Positions 18,603 to 28,584 are shown, numbered from the stretch's first letter. The stretch is DNA of 52,382 nucleotides from Candidatus Hermodarchaeota archaeon (GCA_048885535.1 JBHLLO010000015.1:1-52382); one strand, 5' to 3'. Notes: generated from the sequence alone by a model not told the origin. A program made the numbers and translations.

Positions 18603-18610
18603 TTAATCAC

Positions 18611-19483
18611 CTAAAAATGTCCATTAAAACCATGAAATTCTTGTCTTGGAATAAGCTGTAAAGCATCATTTTTACATGCATGTCGACAAACTCCACATCC
18701 AAAGCATTTATCATAATCGACTATTACCCTTTTAATCGATGGGATATAACGTATTGCATTCCATTGGCACATCGCTACACAAGATTTACACCCTTGGCAA
18801 TTATCTTGGTTTAAATTGATGATATATTCCGCTTTAGACATTATCATGAGATCAAAATCATTCCTTAAACGTAGTGCTCCACACTCAGGGCTTTCACAAT
18901 TACATATTGCATTTATATACGGATATGGTTGATACCATACAGTAGATACTAATCCATCTTTATTATGTTGCTCCATTCTTTCTACTGCTTCTTCTGGAGA
19001 TATTCTATGAGCCCTTTCTTCAGGTATAAATCTCGGAAGTTTCTCTAATACTTCTGAAAGCACACCAAAATTGATGCAAGATTGGTAATTTATTCCACGT
19101 TGCATCTTTCGACACATACAGTACGTTTCAACAATCGGTTCTGCCGCAAGTTTTGAAAGAATAATTTGAGCATCCTCCATCGGTATAACTTGCCCAATAT
19201 GGCCATCAGCTCTTATTGGGTTAGGTTTTCTTATTGTTCCGTGGATCATCCTCTCAACAGACCATCTAAGAATCTTTCCAATTAGTGGTATTTGTAATTT
19301 ATATCCTAAACCTTTAGATGATAATCCAGCAATTTTTCTGATGTATACTGCTTCGAAATTTATCCATTGTTCAGTTAAATATTCACGAAAGGTATCTTCA
19401 TCACCAAGTTCCTTAGCGGAATAATTTTTAGCATTCATGTACCATTTCTTCCCTATTCCATGCTTCATACACCATTTACACAT
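18611..19483 (-). CDS. 4Fe-4S binding protein with extra conserved Cys motifs and C-terminal 2x[4Fe-4S] ferredoxin domain
   Basis: MCKWCMKHG start; YCMCR, ICNC..PEC, CQGCKSCVAMC, CFGCGVCRHAC; start moved from 19714 to ATG 19483. Confidence 0.85.
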   Translation of the reverse strand: MCKWCMKHGIGKKWYMNAKNYSAKELGDEDTFREYLTEQWINFEAVYIRKIAGLSSKGLGYKLQIPLIGKILRWSVERMIHGTIRKPNPIRADGHIGQVIPMEDAQIILSKLAAEPIVETYCMCRKMQRGINYQSCINFGVLSEVLEKLPRFIPEERAHRISPEEAVERMEQHNKDGLVSTVWYQPYPYINAICNCESPECGALRLRNDFDLMIMSKAEYIINLNQDNCQGCKSCVAMCQWNAIRYIPSIKRVIVDYDKCFGCGVCRHACKNDALQLIPRQEFHGFNGHF

Positions 19484-19629
19484 CTTAATCAAACCCAATT
19501 TCCTAATTATATATATCAGTAATAGATTAGACTTTAATTTATTTAAATTTTTTAATGTCATCAGATAAGAACTAATTCTCCTAGTTTGAAGGTTAAAAAA
19601 TTTAAGGTTGATAATATTATTAATAGAAG

Positions 19630-20181
19630 ATGTTTTGTCCAGATTGTGGTGAGGAAATAAAAGATTCAAACCAAGAATTATGTAATAAATGTGGAAGAAA
19701 AATTCTATCTTCAAACAAAATTACTAAGCTAAAAATAAATCAAAATGAATATAAAACTCCTTTAAGTCAAAAATTAAAATCGATGCATGCTAAAGTTCTA
19801 GTTAGCCCACAAGAAGCTACTCTAGAACTATATTCAAAAAGATATTTAGCGGATGGGATTATTTCAATAATAATAGCCGCAATATCACTGTTTTGTGGGC
19901 TTATGGTTACTATATTTTCAATATTGATGGAATTATTCTTCCCATTATCCCCTGGGCAATTTATTATTAGAACAATCATATTAATTATTCTTGTAATTCT
20001 TTATGTTATAGGGTTAATATTTGCATTAGCTTCTAGATCAAATAGTAAAAAATTTGAAAGTTTTAACGCTAAAAATGGTACTCAAAAGACAAGAAAAGTG
20101 TTGTGGATAATAGGGATATTTTTAAATTCGATATTCTTAGGTCTTTTCTTAATAATTCTCGTTATTAGCATACTAAACTAG
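19630..20181 (+). CDS. Zinc-ribbon plus three-TM membrane protein (paralog 1)
   Basis: MFCPDCG...LCNKCG followed by three hydrophobic helices. Confidence 0.85.
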   Translation: MFCPDCGEEIKDSNQELCNKCGRKILSSNKITKLKINQNEYKTPLSQKLKSMHAKVLVSPQEATLELYSKRYLADGIISIIIAAISLFCGLMVTIFSILMELFFPLSPGQFIIRTIILIILVILYVIGLIFALASRSNSKKFESFNAKNGTQKTRKVLWIIGIFLNSIFLGLFLIILVISILN

Positions 20182-20305
20182 TTATAATTCTTTTTTAGAA
20201 AAAATTAAAGATTGGTCTATTAAACTTTTAAGAACAATTTTATCGTTTATTCTTATTAAGAGATAAAATATTTAATTATTAGAAAATTTAATAAAAGGAA
20301 ATAAA

Positions 20306-20890
20306 ATGTATTGTCCAAATTGTGGTGAAGAATTAAGAGAAGCAAATCAAAGGTTTTGCAGTCGTTGCGGAAGCAAAATTTCATCTTCAAATGAAATTGT
20401 TGAATTAGAATCGGAACCAATACAAGAACCAATGCCAGTAGTGCAACAATCAAAACAAATATCCTCTGAAATTCCAGTTAGTCCCCAAAAAACACCAATT
20501 AAAGGTGCTGTAGGACGTTATTCGAAAAAAAGTTTAGCTGATGGAATAATTTCGATAGGTATAACTGTCGTAGCTCTTTATTGTACTTTCGTTGTTTTTA
20601 TGGTTGCTAGAACTTTATCGCCTTACCTTCAATTCTTCAGTTGGAATCCTGCAATTCGTCGAACAGTTTTGTTAACGATCTTAGCAGTTATTTATCTTGT
20701 CGGATTAATATTAGCAAATGCTGCGAGATCAAATAGTAAGAAAGCGAGAAGTTATGAATCCGAAAATGGTGTTCGAAAAGCAGGAAACGTATTGGGGATA
20801 ATTGGGACTATAATTAATGCAATAGGCATAAGTACGATCTTGATAATTCTCTTTACTAACATAGTAAACAATTTTTTCATATACTTATAA
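20306..20890 (+). CDS. Zinc-ribbon plus three-TM membrane protein (paralog 2)
   Basis: MYCPNCG...FCSRCG; shares YSK..LADGIISI and RSNSKK..S...NG..K with the upstream paralog. Confidence 0.85.
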   Translation: MYCPNCGEELREANQRFCSRCGSKISSSNEIVELESEPIQEPMPVVQQSKQISSEIPVSPQKTPIKGAVGRYSKKSLADGIISIGITVVALYCTFVVFMVARTLSPYLQFFSWNPAIRRTVLLTILAVIYLVGLILANAARSNSKKARSYESENGVRKAGNVLGIIGTIINAIGISTILIILFTNIVNNFFIYL

Positions 20891-20953
20891 CATTTTTTTT
20901 GAAGATTATTTAGGATTGAAGAAAATAGAATAAAAATTTAATTTAGATAAATC

Positions 20954-21415
20954 TTATTTAAGAAAAGCTCTTCTGCCTAAAAATATGAAAAGTTCTGCTA
21001 ATTCAAATAATGTAAGCGGATAAACTAGCTGGGCCATATCATTTCTTAAATCTTGTTTATTTTTCCCTGCTGTTATCAACTTTTTAATATCTTCGACATA
21101 GTCATCCATGTTTAAGAATAATATTTCTATCTTGTCAGTACCAGTAAGCTCAGCTATTTCTTTATCAAGATGTTTTTCAACTTGATTTAATAAACCAAGT
21201 TTTAATCTAGGGTCTAAATTGTATTTCTTTATTAAACGGTTCATCTCTTCCAAGATAATATTTAAACTGAGATTCCAATCTTTGTTTTCTTTGTATCTTG
21301 GTATTAATAATTCCCCAATTAATGTCTCAAAAAGAGTTTTTGGAACTTTTTCATCAAATTCAAATTCTATTCCACTAGTTAATTTAACCTTTTGAACCAT
21401 GCTGTCCCTCAACAC
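20954..21415 (-). CDS. Hypothetical helical protein (start possibly at MVQKVK)
   Basis: 153-aa ORF; no family recognised. Confidence 0.7.
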   Translation of the reverse strand: MLRDSMVQKVKLTSGIEFEFDEKVPKTLFETLIGELLIPRYKENKDWNLSLNIILEEMNRLIKKYNLDPRLKLGLLNQVEKHLDKEIAELTGTDKIEILFLNMDDYVEDIKKLITAGKNKQDLRNDMAQLVYPLTLFELAELFIFLGRRAFLK

Positions 21416-21680
21416 AATTTTTTTTTATCTTAATAAATAATAGACTATGTTTTTTTTAATGTTTTGGTATCCATAATAAGAAGATGTTCTAGTTTTAAGC
21501 ATAATGAATTAACACTTCATTTATAACTTATTAAATTGTTATAAAACTCTGTAATAAACAAATTACCTATTTTAAGCTAACTGTGAAAAGGTTTAAAGGA
21601 AAATAGTTTCAGGAGAACTGCGGATTAAGGTTAACTAAATTAAACTTCTGAATAATATAATTAAAAGTAAGGAAGTAGGA

Positions 21681-21814
21681 GAATCGGAAACCACGATATT
21701 TTTAAATTTTAAAAAGAGGAGACGATTTATCTAATAACAGGGTTAAGGGTTGAGGTATTTGAGCCTTCCGGCTTTAGGTATAAGAATATATTTTCTATCA
21801 TGGCTTTCCGACTC
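21681..21814 (-). ncRNA. Candidate structured non-coding RNA
   Basis: 18-bp closing helix GAGUCGGAAA(G)CCAUGAUA / UAUCGUGGUUUCCGAUUC whose mismatches are G-U only on the minus strand; internal AGCC-GGAA-GGCU GNRA hairpin; TTTAAATA box about 30 nt upstream. Confidence 0.5.
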
Positions 21815-21970
21815 ATTGTTGATAGTAAAATATTAACTAAGCTAATATTTAAATGTTTATTTTTTCCTAGGACAAAAAGGAAAATATAGAATTATTGAGC
21901 TAGGAATGAAAGGTTATTAAATTGTCATATTATTAGCTAATGTCAATAACTTCCTCTATCTTCTACTAGG

Positions 21971-22798
21971 TTAAATACATAATTGAAACATTTTTCTTCG
22001 AATTTTCTTAAATACTTTATAATCGAGCTGTATGTCGTTTTGCTTAAGCAATTCCATTATTGCATTTAGAATCATATACTCCCCATATCTTTTCTTAAAA
22101 TGTTTAATAATTCTACCTAATTGTTTCTTTGTTTTAATAGTTGTATTAGCAGGTGGGCTTACCTTTTTCATTATTTCTCCTTTTAATATAACTTTTAAAT
22201 TTCTATCATAAAACCTAGCTATTCTATAACCTGAAAATTCAGTACACAATAACTTCCAGCTAGGAATATTTAAAAAATTAGAGCTACGATAAAAGAAGGA
22301 GCTAAATCTGGATTTGAAAATTCCTCTTTTACTTTTATCTAATAATTTAGAAAAATGTAAGGCGAAAGGGGTTGTAATTGAAACATTCTTTTTAGATTTA
22401 ATTAAATTAATGTAATAAACTCGTCCACCATACATTTTATGTAAAAAACCCTCAGTAGGACTTATTTTTATCCTTCTTTCATCTCTAGGTAATTTTGGAG
22501 ATGCAACACAGGTTCCATTCCCGTGTAATATCCACAGCACATAAATTCCTTTTTGATTATAGTCTTTAGTCCTGTTAATTATCTCTTTAACGGTTATAGC
22601 AGAATTTTGAATCTCTATTACAATCTCTTGATTATTGCTCAATTTAAAATGAATATCTGCAAATCTATTACCAAAATATTTTTCGAGAGATTTTTCAACT
22701 ATATCATTACTCTCGTATACTTTTTGATAAATTAATTCTTTAAGAGTTTTATGAATTCCAGATTCTGCGGGTGAACCAATAAATAAGAGATTTTTCAT
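21971..22798 (-). CDS. CoiA-like PD-(D/E)xK nuclease-family protein
   Basis: ESGIHKTLK...SLEKYFGNRFADI...IVIEIQNSAIT.KEIINRTKDYNQKGIYVLWI. Confidence 0.75.
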   Translation of the reverse strand: MKNLLFIGSPAESGIHKTLKELIYQKVYESNDIVEKSLEKYFGNRFADIHFKLSNNQEIVIEIQNSAITVKEIINRTKDYNQKGIYVLWILHGNGTCVASPKLPRDERRIKISPTEGFLHKMYGGRVYYINLIKSKKNVSITTPFALHFSKLLDKSKRGIFKSRFSSFFYRSSNFLNIPSWKLLCTEFSGYRIARFYDRNLKVILKGEIMKKVSPPANTTIKTKKQLGRIIKHFKKRYGEYMILNAIMELLKQNDIQLDYKVFKKIRRKMFQLCI

Positions 22799-22970
22799 TA
22801 TCTTATTTAAGAATTCTAAATCTTTAAATAAAAAAACAACGAGTTCTAGAATTTCCTGTATCTTTTTTTAAGATAGACAAAAATGGAGAAAATTTAAAAA
22901 ATAGAAAGTATATTTCTTCAATACCCTGAAATCCAAAAAAGTAGTACAAATTAAAAGAGGTAAAAGAAAG

Positions 22971-23279
22971 ATGCTTATTATGGTAACTATATGGTATCCC
23001 CCTAGTAAGGCAATAGACATAGGAAAGATATACCTAAAACAACCTAGAAAAATACCTTATATAGCAAAATGGCGTGCATTTAATACAGCTGGTGGTTTAA
23101 ACGGTTATAAGCAATATCATCTAATCTATACCGAGAGAGGAAAAGGTGAAGAAGCTTTACTAGAAATAAACAAATACTTTCTACCATTTATAGAAATTGA
23201 AGGATTTAATATCCAAGTTGAACCCTTAATAGGGGTTTCAGACAGTTATAAAGCAGCTGGGATGAAATGGGAGAAATAA
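22971..23279 (+). CDS. Small hypothetical protein (ferredoxin-like/DUF3303-like fold possible)
   Basis: 102-aa ORF with GAGGT upstream and a T-tract downstream. Confidence 0.75.
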   Translation: MLIMVTIWYPPSKAIDIGKIYLKQPRKIPYIAKWRAFNTAGGLNGYKQYHLIYTERGKGEEALLEINKYFLPFIEIEGFNIQVEPLIGVSDSYKAAGMKWEK

Positions 23280-23291
23280 AAGAATAAAATA

Positions 23292-23306
23292 TTTTTTTTT
23301 TTTTTT
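23292..23306 (+). terminator. Oligo-T tract, probable archaeal terminator
   Basis: Run of about 15 T starting 12 nt after the stop of 22971..23279. Confidence 0.5.
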
Positions 23307-23390
23307 AAGCTAATTTATTATTATCTAGGTTTACACATCATAAATTTACCTATCTGTCTTGAATTATAAAATAAGATTTTCTATAAATAT

Positions 23391-24101
23391 GTGAGAAATA
23401 TGGTGGACAAACATTCACAGAGCTTTTTTGGACAATCAACAGGTTTAACTGTGATCAGTTCTGCAAAGACAGATCCATACATCTTTTTTAAATGTGTTCA
23501 AAAGAAACCTGACGGAAACTGGGAAAAGCCTTCTTCTGGAGAAGGTAAGACCATAAAATGTAGTTTAGATGAAATAATAATGATATTACAAGTTTTAAAA
23601 AGAAAGGAGAAAAGCTGGTCAGGTTTTCATAGCTTTAAGGACGCAAAAACACAAATTTCATTTAAATGGGATGATAAAGTAAATAATAAGTTAAAGATCA
23701 CCATTGGGAAATACTCAAAAATCTTAAATTTTTCTCAAATTGAGTTATTAAGGCTCTTACTAAAACACATACTAAAAGAAAAAATAAAGTATGCTACAAC
23801 CTCGACTATTTTCGAAAAGAAGGAAAAAGTTGGAATAAGAGTAAAAACTAATAAAGATAGCCCAATAATATCATCCAAAACTGAGAGAGATAAATCATAT
23901 TCTAGTGATAGCGCAAGCCAAATTGAAGGTTCGATTAAGAATGTTACCGAAAAGGCTCTTTTTATTGATTTTGATGGAAAAAAGGAAATATGGATCCCAA
24001 AATCAACGATTAAATCTAACTATAACTCAGAAGATACTACTAATCAATTGTTTTTAATTGATGATTGGATTTTAAAGAAAAATAATTTATTGAATAATTA
24101 A
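23391..24101 (+). CDS. Hypothetical protein, possible Whirly/PC4-like ssDNA-binding domain plus small C-terminal beta domain
   Basis: beta-rich N-domain with W..P..G..IKCSLDEI pattern; C-terminal TEKALFIDFDGKKEIWIPKS motif. Confidence 0.55.
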   Translation: MRNMVDKHSQSFFGQSTGLTVISSAKTDPYIFFKCVQKKPDGNWEKPSSGEGKTIKCSLDEIIMILQVLKRKEKSWSGFHSFKDAKTQISFKWDDKVNNKLKITIGKYSKILNFSQIELLRLLLKHILKEKIKYATTSTIFEKKEKVGIRVKTNKDSPIISSKTERDKSYSSDSASQIEGSIKNVTEKALFIDFDGKKEIWIPKSTIKSNYNSEDTTNQLFLIDDWILKKNNLLNN

Positions 24102-24102
24102 A

Positions 24103-25347
24103 CTAATTTTTAATTCCAATACTGCTTTCGAGTTTTGGAAGGAATTTTTCCTCAAAAATAGCCTTAAGATCATTATTATAATCTATCATTTTTTTTGTTA
24201 TTTCGGGATGAGACAATAATTGGATTTCTGCTTTATCATTTTGGTCCCATAACTGATAAGGTGTTTCTTCATAAGGAACAAGTTGTTTTACTTCATCTAT
24301 CCAATTTTGTGGTAATTCATTTTTTAACTCTATATCTAACATTTTTGCGAGAAATAAAGTCCAAGCTCTTGGTACAACATTCATTAGATATCCACCTCCA
24401 CCAACAGCTATCCATCGATTTTGACAATAATCCCGAACACAACTTCGCATTGTTTGAGCTATGTCTCTATAAACTGAGATTGAGAGCCCCATCTGAGTTA
24501 AAGGGTCATTGAAATATGTATCAACGCCCAACTGTGTAAATAATACGTCAGGACTATATAGTTTTAATAATCTTGGAACTGTGAAGCGGAATAATTTCAA
24601 GAACATTCTATTATTTGTGCCTGGTAAAAGTGGAAAATTGATGGAAAATCCCTCTCCTGGACCATCTCCAATTTCATCAATATTACCTGTTCCTGGAAAT
24701 AAAAATCTTCCACTCTCATGAAATGAAATTTTTAATACATTAGGGTCATTATAAAACAACCACTGAACTCCATCTCCATGGTGACAATCAATGTCTAAAT
24801 ATGCAACTCTTATATCTTTTTTCAGAGCTTTTAGATGTGCAATAGCGACAGCAATATCATTGAAGATGCAAAACCCAGACGCTCTGTCCTTTATTGCATG
24901 GTGCATACCTCCTGCGAGGTTAAAAGCAATTTGAAAATCATTTTCCTTCCAAACTAAGTCTGCTGCTGTAATGCTAGCTCCACACACTAATGCAGATGCC
25001 TCATACATTCCCTTAAAAATCGGGTTATCTCCAGGACCTAAACCATATACATATGCTCCTTTCAATGGTGTGTTAATTCCAGGTATAACTCCATTTATCC
25101 TTGAATCATTGGGATTTTTACTTAATTTTGATACAATATTAACGTAATCACTTGCATGTATTCTTTCTATCTCTTCCTTTGTAGCCATTTTAGGTTCTAT
25201 AATTTCTAACTTTTCATTTGACAAGAGTTCTAATTTTTCCATCAAACTGTATGTTAGTTTAAGCCTTAATGGTCTAAGAGGATGATGAGGACCAAAGTTA
25301 TATGCCTGATATTTATCCGTGTAAATTAGTGCAACTTTTCCAACCAT
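24103..25347 (-). CDS. acuC: Histone deacetylase-family / acetoin utilization protein AcuC
   Basis: HPLRPLR, AGGMHHA...ASGFCIFNDIA, YLDIDCHHGDGVQ, SFHE.G..LFPGTG, QLGVD..F.DPL, GGGGY. Confidence 0.9.
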   Translation of the reverse strand: MVGKVALIYTDKYQAYNFGPHHPLRPLRLKLTYSLMEKLELLSNEKLEIIEPKMATKEEIERIHASDYVNIVSKLSKNPNDSRINGVIPGINTPLKGAYVYGLGPGDNPIFKGMYEASALVCGASITAADLVWKENDFQIAFNLAGGMHHAIKDRASGFCIFNDIAVAIAHLKALKKDIRVAYLDIDCHHGDGVQWLFYNDPNVLKISFHESGRFLFPGTGNIDEIGDGPGEGFSINFPLLPGTNNRMFLKLFRFTVPRLLKLYSPDVLFTQLGVDTYFNDPLTQMGLSISVYRDIAQTMRSCVRDYCQNRWIAVGGGGYLMNVVPRAWTLFLAKMLDIELKNELPQNWIDEVKQLVPYEETPYQLWDQNDKAEIQLLSHPEITKKMIDYNNDLKAIFEEKFLPKLESSIGIKN

Positions 25348-25537
25348 GTTAATTATTAAAATGTATTCTCCTATTAATGTTTTCTAACTGTACTTTTAAG
25401 ATTATCAATCCTCAAAACTTTTTGATAATAAAATTAAAAGGAATGAATGGCATTAGCGCAAATACAAAAAATTATATTATATAAATATCATATAAAAAAA
25501 TAAAGTTATTTTAGAATAGATTATCGTAAACTAATTT

Positions 25538-26104
25538 TTGTTAAAGATAATGAGTCAAAGATTTAGAAAGTTTGTACTTAGAGTTGCAAAGGATAATGAA
25601 TTCCAGCCAATTAAAAATAAATTATTAAATTATTTACAAAAAGAGAGTGAAAATAAATATAAAAATTATCCACTTCTTTTGGAATTAATGAGATCTTACT
25701 GGCCACAGTACAAGAGTGGTTCTAAAATCTCACACCTTTTGAAAGATCATCACGAAGAAATTTTTAATTTTTATCTAAATACTATTTTTCCTTTTAGAAA
25801 ACGAGGTTTAAAGTTTAATAATTGTGAAGCTCCAACTCCAGTTGATTTTAAACTAGAATATTATTATCGATACAACGATAAAGAAATAGCTATTATAAAG
25901 GAAATAATGACACAACAAAATATTGAAGGAAAAGTCGAAAGCGTTTTAAAAAGGCTTTTGATTTTTGCAGTCTCATCATTTAGTCCCCTTGTAGAGCAAA
26001 TTTTTGGAAGACCTTTTGCTTTTCAATTTTCTAGTATTGATGCTGATCAACACGATAATGGGGATTGGGAAATTAAAGCAGTTATATCCGCTAGGGAGCA
26101 ATAA
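25538..26104 (+). CDS. Hypothetical protein
   Basis: 188-aa ORF; no family recognised. Confidence 0.7.
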   Translation: MLKIMSQRFRKFVLRVAKDNEFQPIKNKLLNYLQKESENKYKNYPLLLELMRSYWPQYKSGSKISHLLKDHHEEIFNFYLNTIFPFRKRGLKFNNCEAPTPVDFKLEYYYRYNDKEIAIIKEIMTQQNIEGKVESVLKRLLIFAVSSFSPLVEQIFGRPFAFQFSSIDADQHDNGDWEIKAVISAREQ

Positions 26105-26112
26105 GAAATCCT

Positions 26113-26541
26113 TTATTTAGTTAAATAAGATCCTAAATCCATCACTTCACCGTTCCCTTTTTTCACCCGTATCTTACCTTTAATCCCCTTGACTTTTCTC
26201 TCAAGATATATTATAATGTCTAAAGGAATCCTTCTTGGAACTGAACCTCGCTGTCTTATTATTGCAATTAGATAATCTACATTCTGAATTACATCCGGAC
26301 TAACTAATTGATTGAAAATTTGTTGATATACTATTGGTTCTTTTATTTTTAAATCGTTCAGGTGTGAATACGCGTCAGGAGCTAAAACTGTACGTAATAT
26401 AAAATCAATCTTTTCAGTTAATGAGACTACTCTGTTTTTGATAGTTTCCTCCCTCTTTTTTGCTTCCATAAGTGCTTGCATCTTTTTTAATTTGATCTTT
26501 TCTAACTCATGTTCATCATTATTTTTCTTGTTTTCGTTCAT
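26113..26541 (-). CDS. PDCD5-like double-stranded DNA-binding protein (extended)
   Basis: ELEKIKLKKMQAL...DFILRTVLAPDAYSHLNDLKIKEP resembles the PDCD5/TFAR19 pattern. Confidence 0.6.
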   Translation of the reverse strand: MNENKKNNDEHELEKIKLKKMQALMEAKKREETIKNRVVSLTEKIDFILRTVLAPDAYSHLNDLKIKEPIVYQQIFNQLVSPDVIQNVDYLIAIIRQRGSVPRRIPLDIIIYLERKVKGIKGKIRVKKGNGEVMDLGSYLTK

Positions 26542-26579
26542 TTTAAATCCCTTTGATTAAACTAATGAGTTTAATTAAA

Positions 26580-27497
26580 TTAACTATAAACAATTCTCAA
26601 TGCAATATCTAAAGTTCTGATTCCATCTTCTAAACTTACTAATGGTTTCTTATCATAAAGAAAATTAGTGATCTCTCTTTTTAATGGTTCATCTTCCCTC
26701 AAAGGAGTATATTTAATATCTTGTGTTATTGGCCAATCCCCTTGTAAATCAATACCTTTCCGAATGGTAATTTCTTGCGTTATAAAATCAGCAATTATAC
26801 CTCCTATTTCACCATTTACATATATTCTTCTGAATTTAGAAGGTGTGAGCCAGTTTGATTCGATTTGACCTATGGCACTACCAAAATCAAGAACTATAAA
26901 GGCCGCATCTGCATGATCTGTCTCTTTGAAGCACTTCTTGGCACCAAAAACATTGACTATCTTAGCTCCTCCCATTATTTTTTCCTGAAGATAAATATCA
27001 TGAATAGATAAATCAAGTATAACCCCCATATCCCAATTCCTTCTTGGATATAGACCTACTCTTTTTGATGAAATTGAAATAATTTCACCTATCTCGGGCA
27101 AATTTTTCAATAATTTATCAAACACAGGGTTAAACAGCTCAATAAATCCAGGCATAATTCGGAGATCTTTAAATTTTCTAAAGAAAATTAAATCATCTAA
27201 ATTGAGCGCCATTGGTTTTTCCATTAAAATATCTATACCATGCTGCGCAAATTTTTTAGCGATTACTGGAATTTCCTTGGGAGGTGTAACTATACTTACT
27301 GCTGCAATATCCTCGTTTTTGATCATGGTTTCAACTTCACTATAAGTATTAATATCATCATATTCATCTTTAATCTTCTCTAAATTCTTCTTTTCACGAT
27401 CACAAACTCCAACAAGATTAGAAAGATTATGAAAATTACGAATATGTGCTCTACCGAACCAACCTGCTCCAACTACAGCAGTATTCTTTTTTTTCAT
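26580..27497 (-). CDS. Gfo/Idh/MocA family NAD(P)-dependent oxidoreductase
   Basis: AVVGAGWFGRAH, ILMEKPMA, GFIELFNP, DLSIHDI, SNWLTPSKFR. Confidence 0.92.
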   Translation of the reverse strand: MKKKNTAVVGAGWFGRAHIRNFHNLSNLVGVCDREKKNLEKIKDEYDDINTYSEVETMIKNEDIAAVSIVTPPKEIPVIAKKFAQHGIDILMEKPMALNLDDLIFFRKFKDLRIMPGFIELFNPVFDKLLKNLPEIGEIISISSKRVGLYPRRNWDMGVILDLSIHDIYLQEKIMGGAKIVNVFGAKKCFKETDHADAAFIVLDFGSAIGQIESNWLTPSKFRRIYVNGEIGGIIADFITQEITIRKGIDLQGDWPITQDIKYTPLREDEPLKREITNFLYDKKPLVSLEDGIRTLDIALRIVYS

Positions 27498-27650
27498 TGC
27501 ATCTAAATAGATATTTTATAATTTAGAATAATAACTTGTAAAATAAGAATTTTGTGTTGATTAATAACTTAAATGAAGGAATCTCAATTTCTATAGTAAA
27601 AACATTTAATTCCTTTGATATTGATTGGAATTTCATGAAGGAAAAAATAG

Positions 27651-27800
27651 TCCCTCCTCCCGGATTCTCATCCATTCTTATCAGAAAATCAATTTGAGCC
27701 GGGGACCTCACGGTGTCGGCTGACGTATTCTCATTGGCAAAAACCTCAATACGCGATTAAATCTACAGCCGCGCGCTCTGACCAGCTGAGCTAAGGAGGG
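27651..27800 (-). tRNA. tRNA-Tyr(GTA) with a 37/38 intron (27715..27762) and a T-loop 59/60 intron (27665..27692)
   Basis: Acceptor CCCTCCT/AGGAGGG+A (C1-G72, A73), D-arm GCTC-AGCTGGTCA-GAGC, anticodon stem CGCGG/CCGTG, T-stem CCCGG/CCGGG with bulge-helix-bulge CTCA/TGAG and AAT bulges. Confidence 0.92.
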
Positions 27801-28074
27801 ATCTATATCTTCATTTAACTCTACAATTAATAAATAAAAGAAAAAAGGAATTAATATATTTTTTACTATTTTAAATGAGAAATCGCAGTATTATAGGTGA
27901 TTAATAATTAATAAAAATAAATTTTTTCAATCTTTTCATTTTTAATATGTTATACTACATAATATAAAATATTACATTTTCGCAATATTTTTTAAAGAAT
28001 AGTTAAACTAAATATTTAACAATTAATTTTATATATTTAACATTTGTAATGCAACCAAATAAAGTGTAAGTAGC

Positions 28075-28584
28075 ATGAGAGAAGAAACTGACTATGCTGA
28101 AGCATTAGAAGCCTATAAGGACGATCCATACGTTATTGTTGAACCATGGGGCAGAAGTATTGATCACTTAAGATTAACCATTCTTGGTAAAGATGGAACG
28201 CCATATGCGAAAGGACGCTTCATTTTTGAAGTAAAGTTCCCTGAAAATTACCCTTTTGCTCCACCTTATGCTTATGCTGTCACTTTAATGTGGCATCCTA
28301 ATATTGATTCATCAATACCTCCAGGTAAATTAAATATATGCTTAGATTTGATTAATCCTGATCTTGTGGGGAAAGTAGATGCGGGAACAGGAGCTTCTGG
28401 GTGGACTCCAAGTAAAACCTTGACAAATATCATAGAAGCTTTAAAGATGATGATGCATCTAGATCCTCCTTTCTTTAATCCTGGAGATCCCCTAAATCAC
28501 GAAGCAGGCGAGCAATATTTTAGAGCTCTGAAGAAATTCGAGGCTAAAGCTGCTGCTTGGACAAAAAAGTATGCTATGGATTAA
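28075..28584 (+). CDS. Ubiquitin-conjugating enzyme E2
   Basis: GKDGTPYAKGRF...FPENYPFAPP...WHPNID...NICLDLI...WTPS. Confidence 0.95.
   Translation: MREETDYAEALEAYKDDPYVIVEPWGRSIDHLRLTILGKDGTPYAKGRFIFEVKFPENYPFAPPYAYAVTLMWHPNIDSSIPPGKLNICLDLINPDLVGKVDAGTGASGWTPSKTLTNIIEALKMMMHLDPPFFNPGDPLNHEAGEQYFRALKKFEAKAAAWTKKYAMD

Noticed and set aside
19484-19714. N-terminal extension of the 367-aa Fe-S ORF
   Set aside because: Low-complexity AT-rich intergenic sequence overlapping the divergent gene; MCKWCMKHG at 19483 is the more plausible start
21739-21755. AGGGTTAAGGGTTGAGG resembles a telomeric repeat / telomerase template or G-quadruplex
   Set aside because: Only about two imperfect units, no reverse transcriptase in the window, and too few G3 tracts; kept only as a descriptive feature of the ncRNA candidate
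27523-27711. 62-aa minus-strand ORF
   Set aside because: Overlaps the tRNA-Tyr 3' half and its T-loop intron; no protein features
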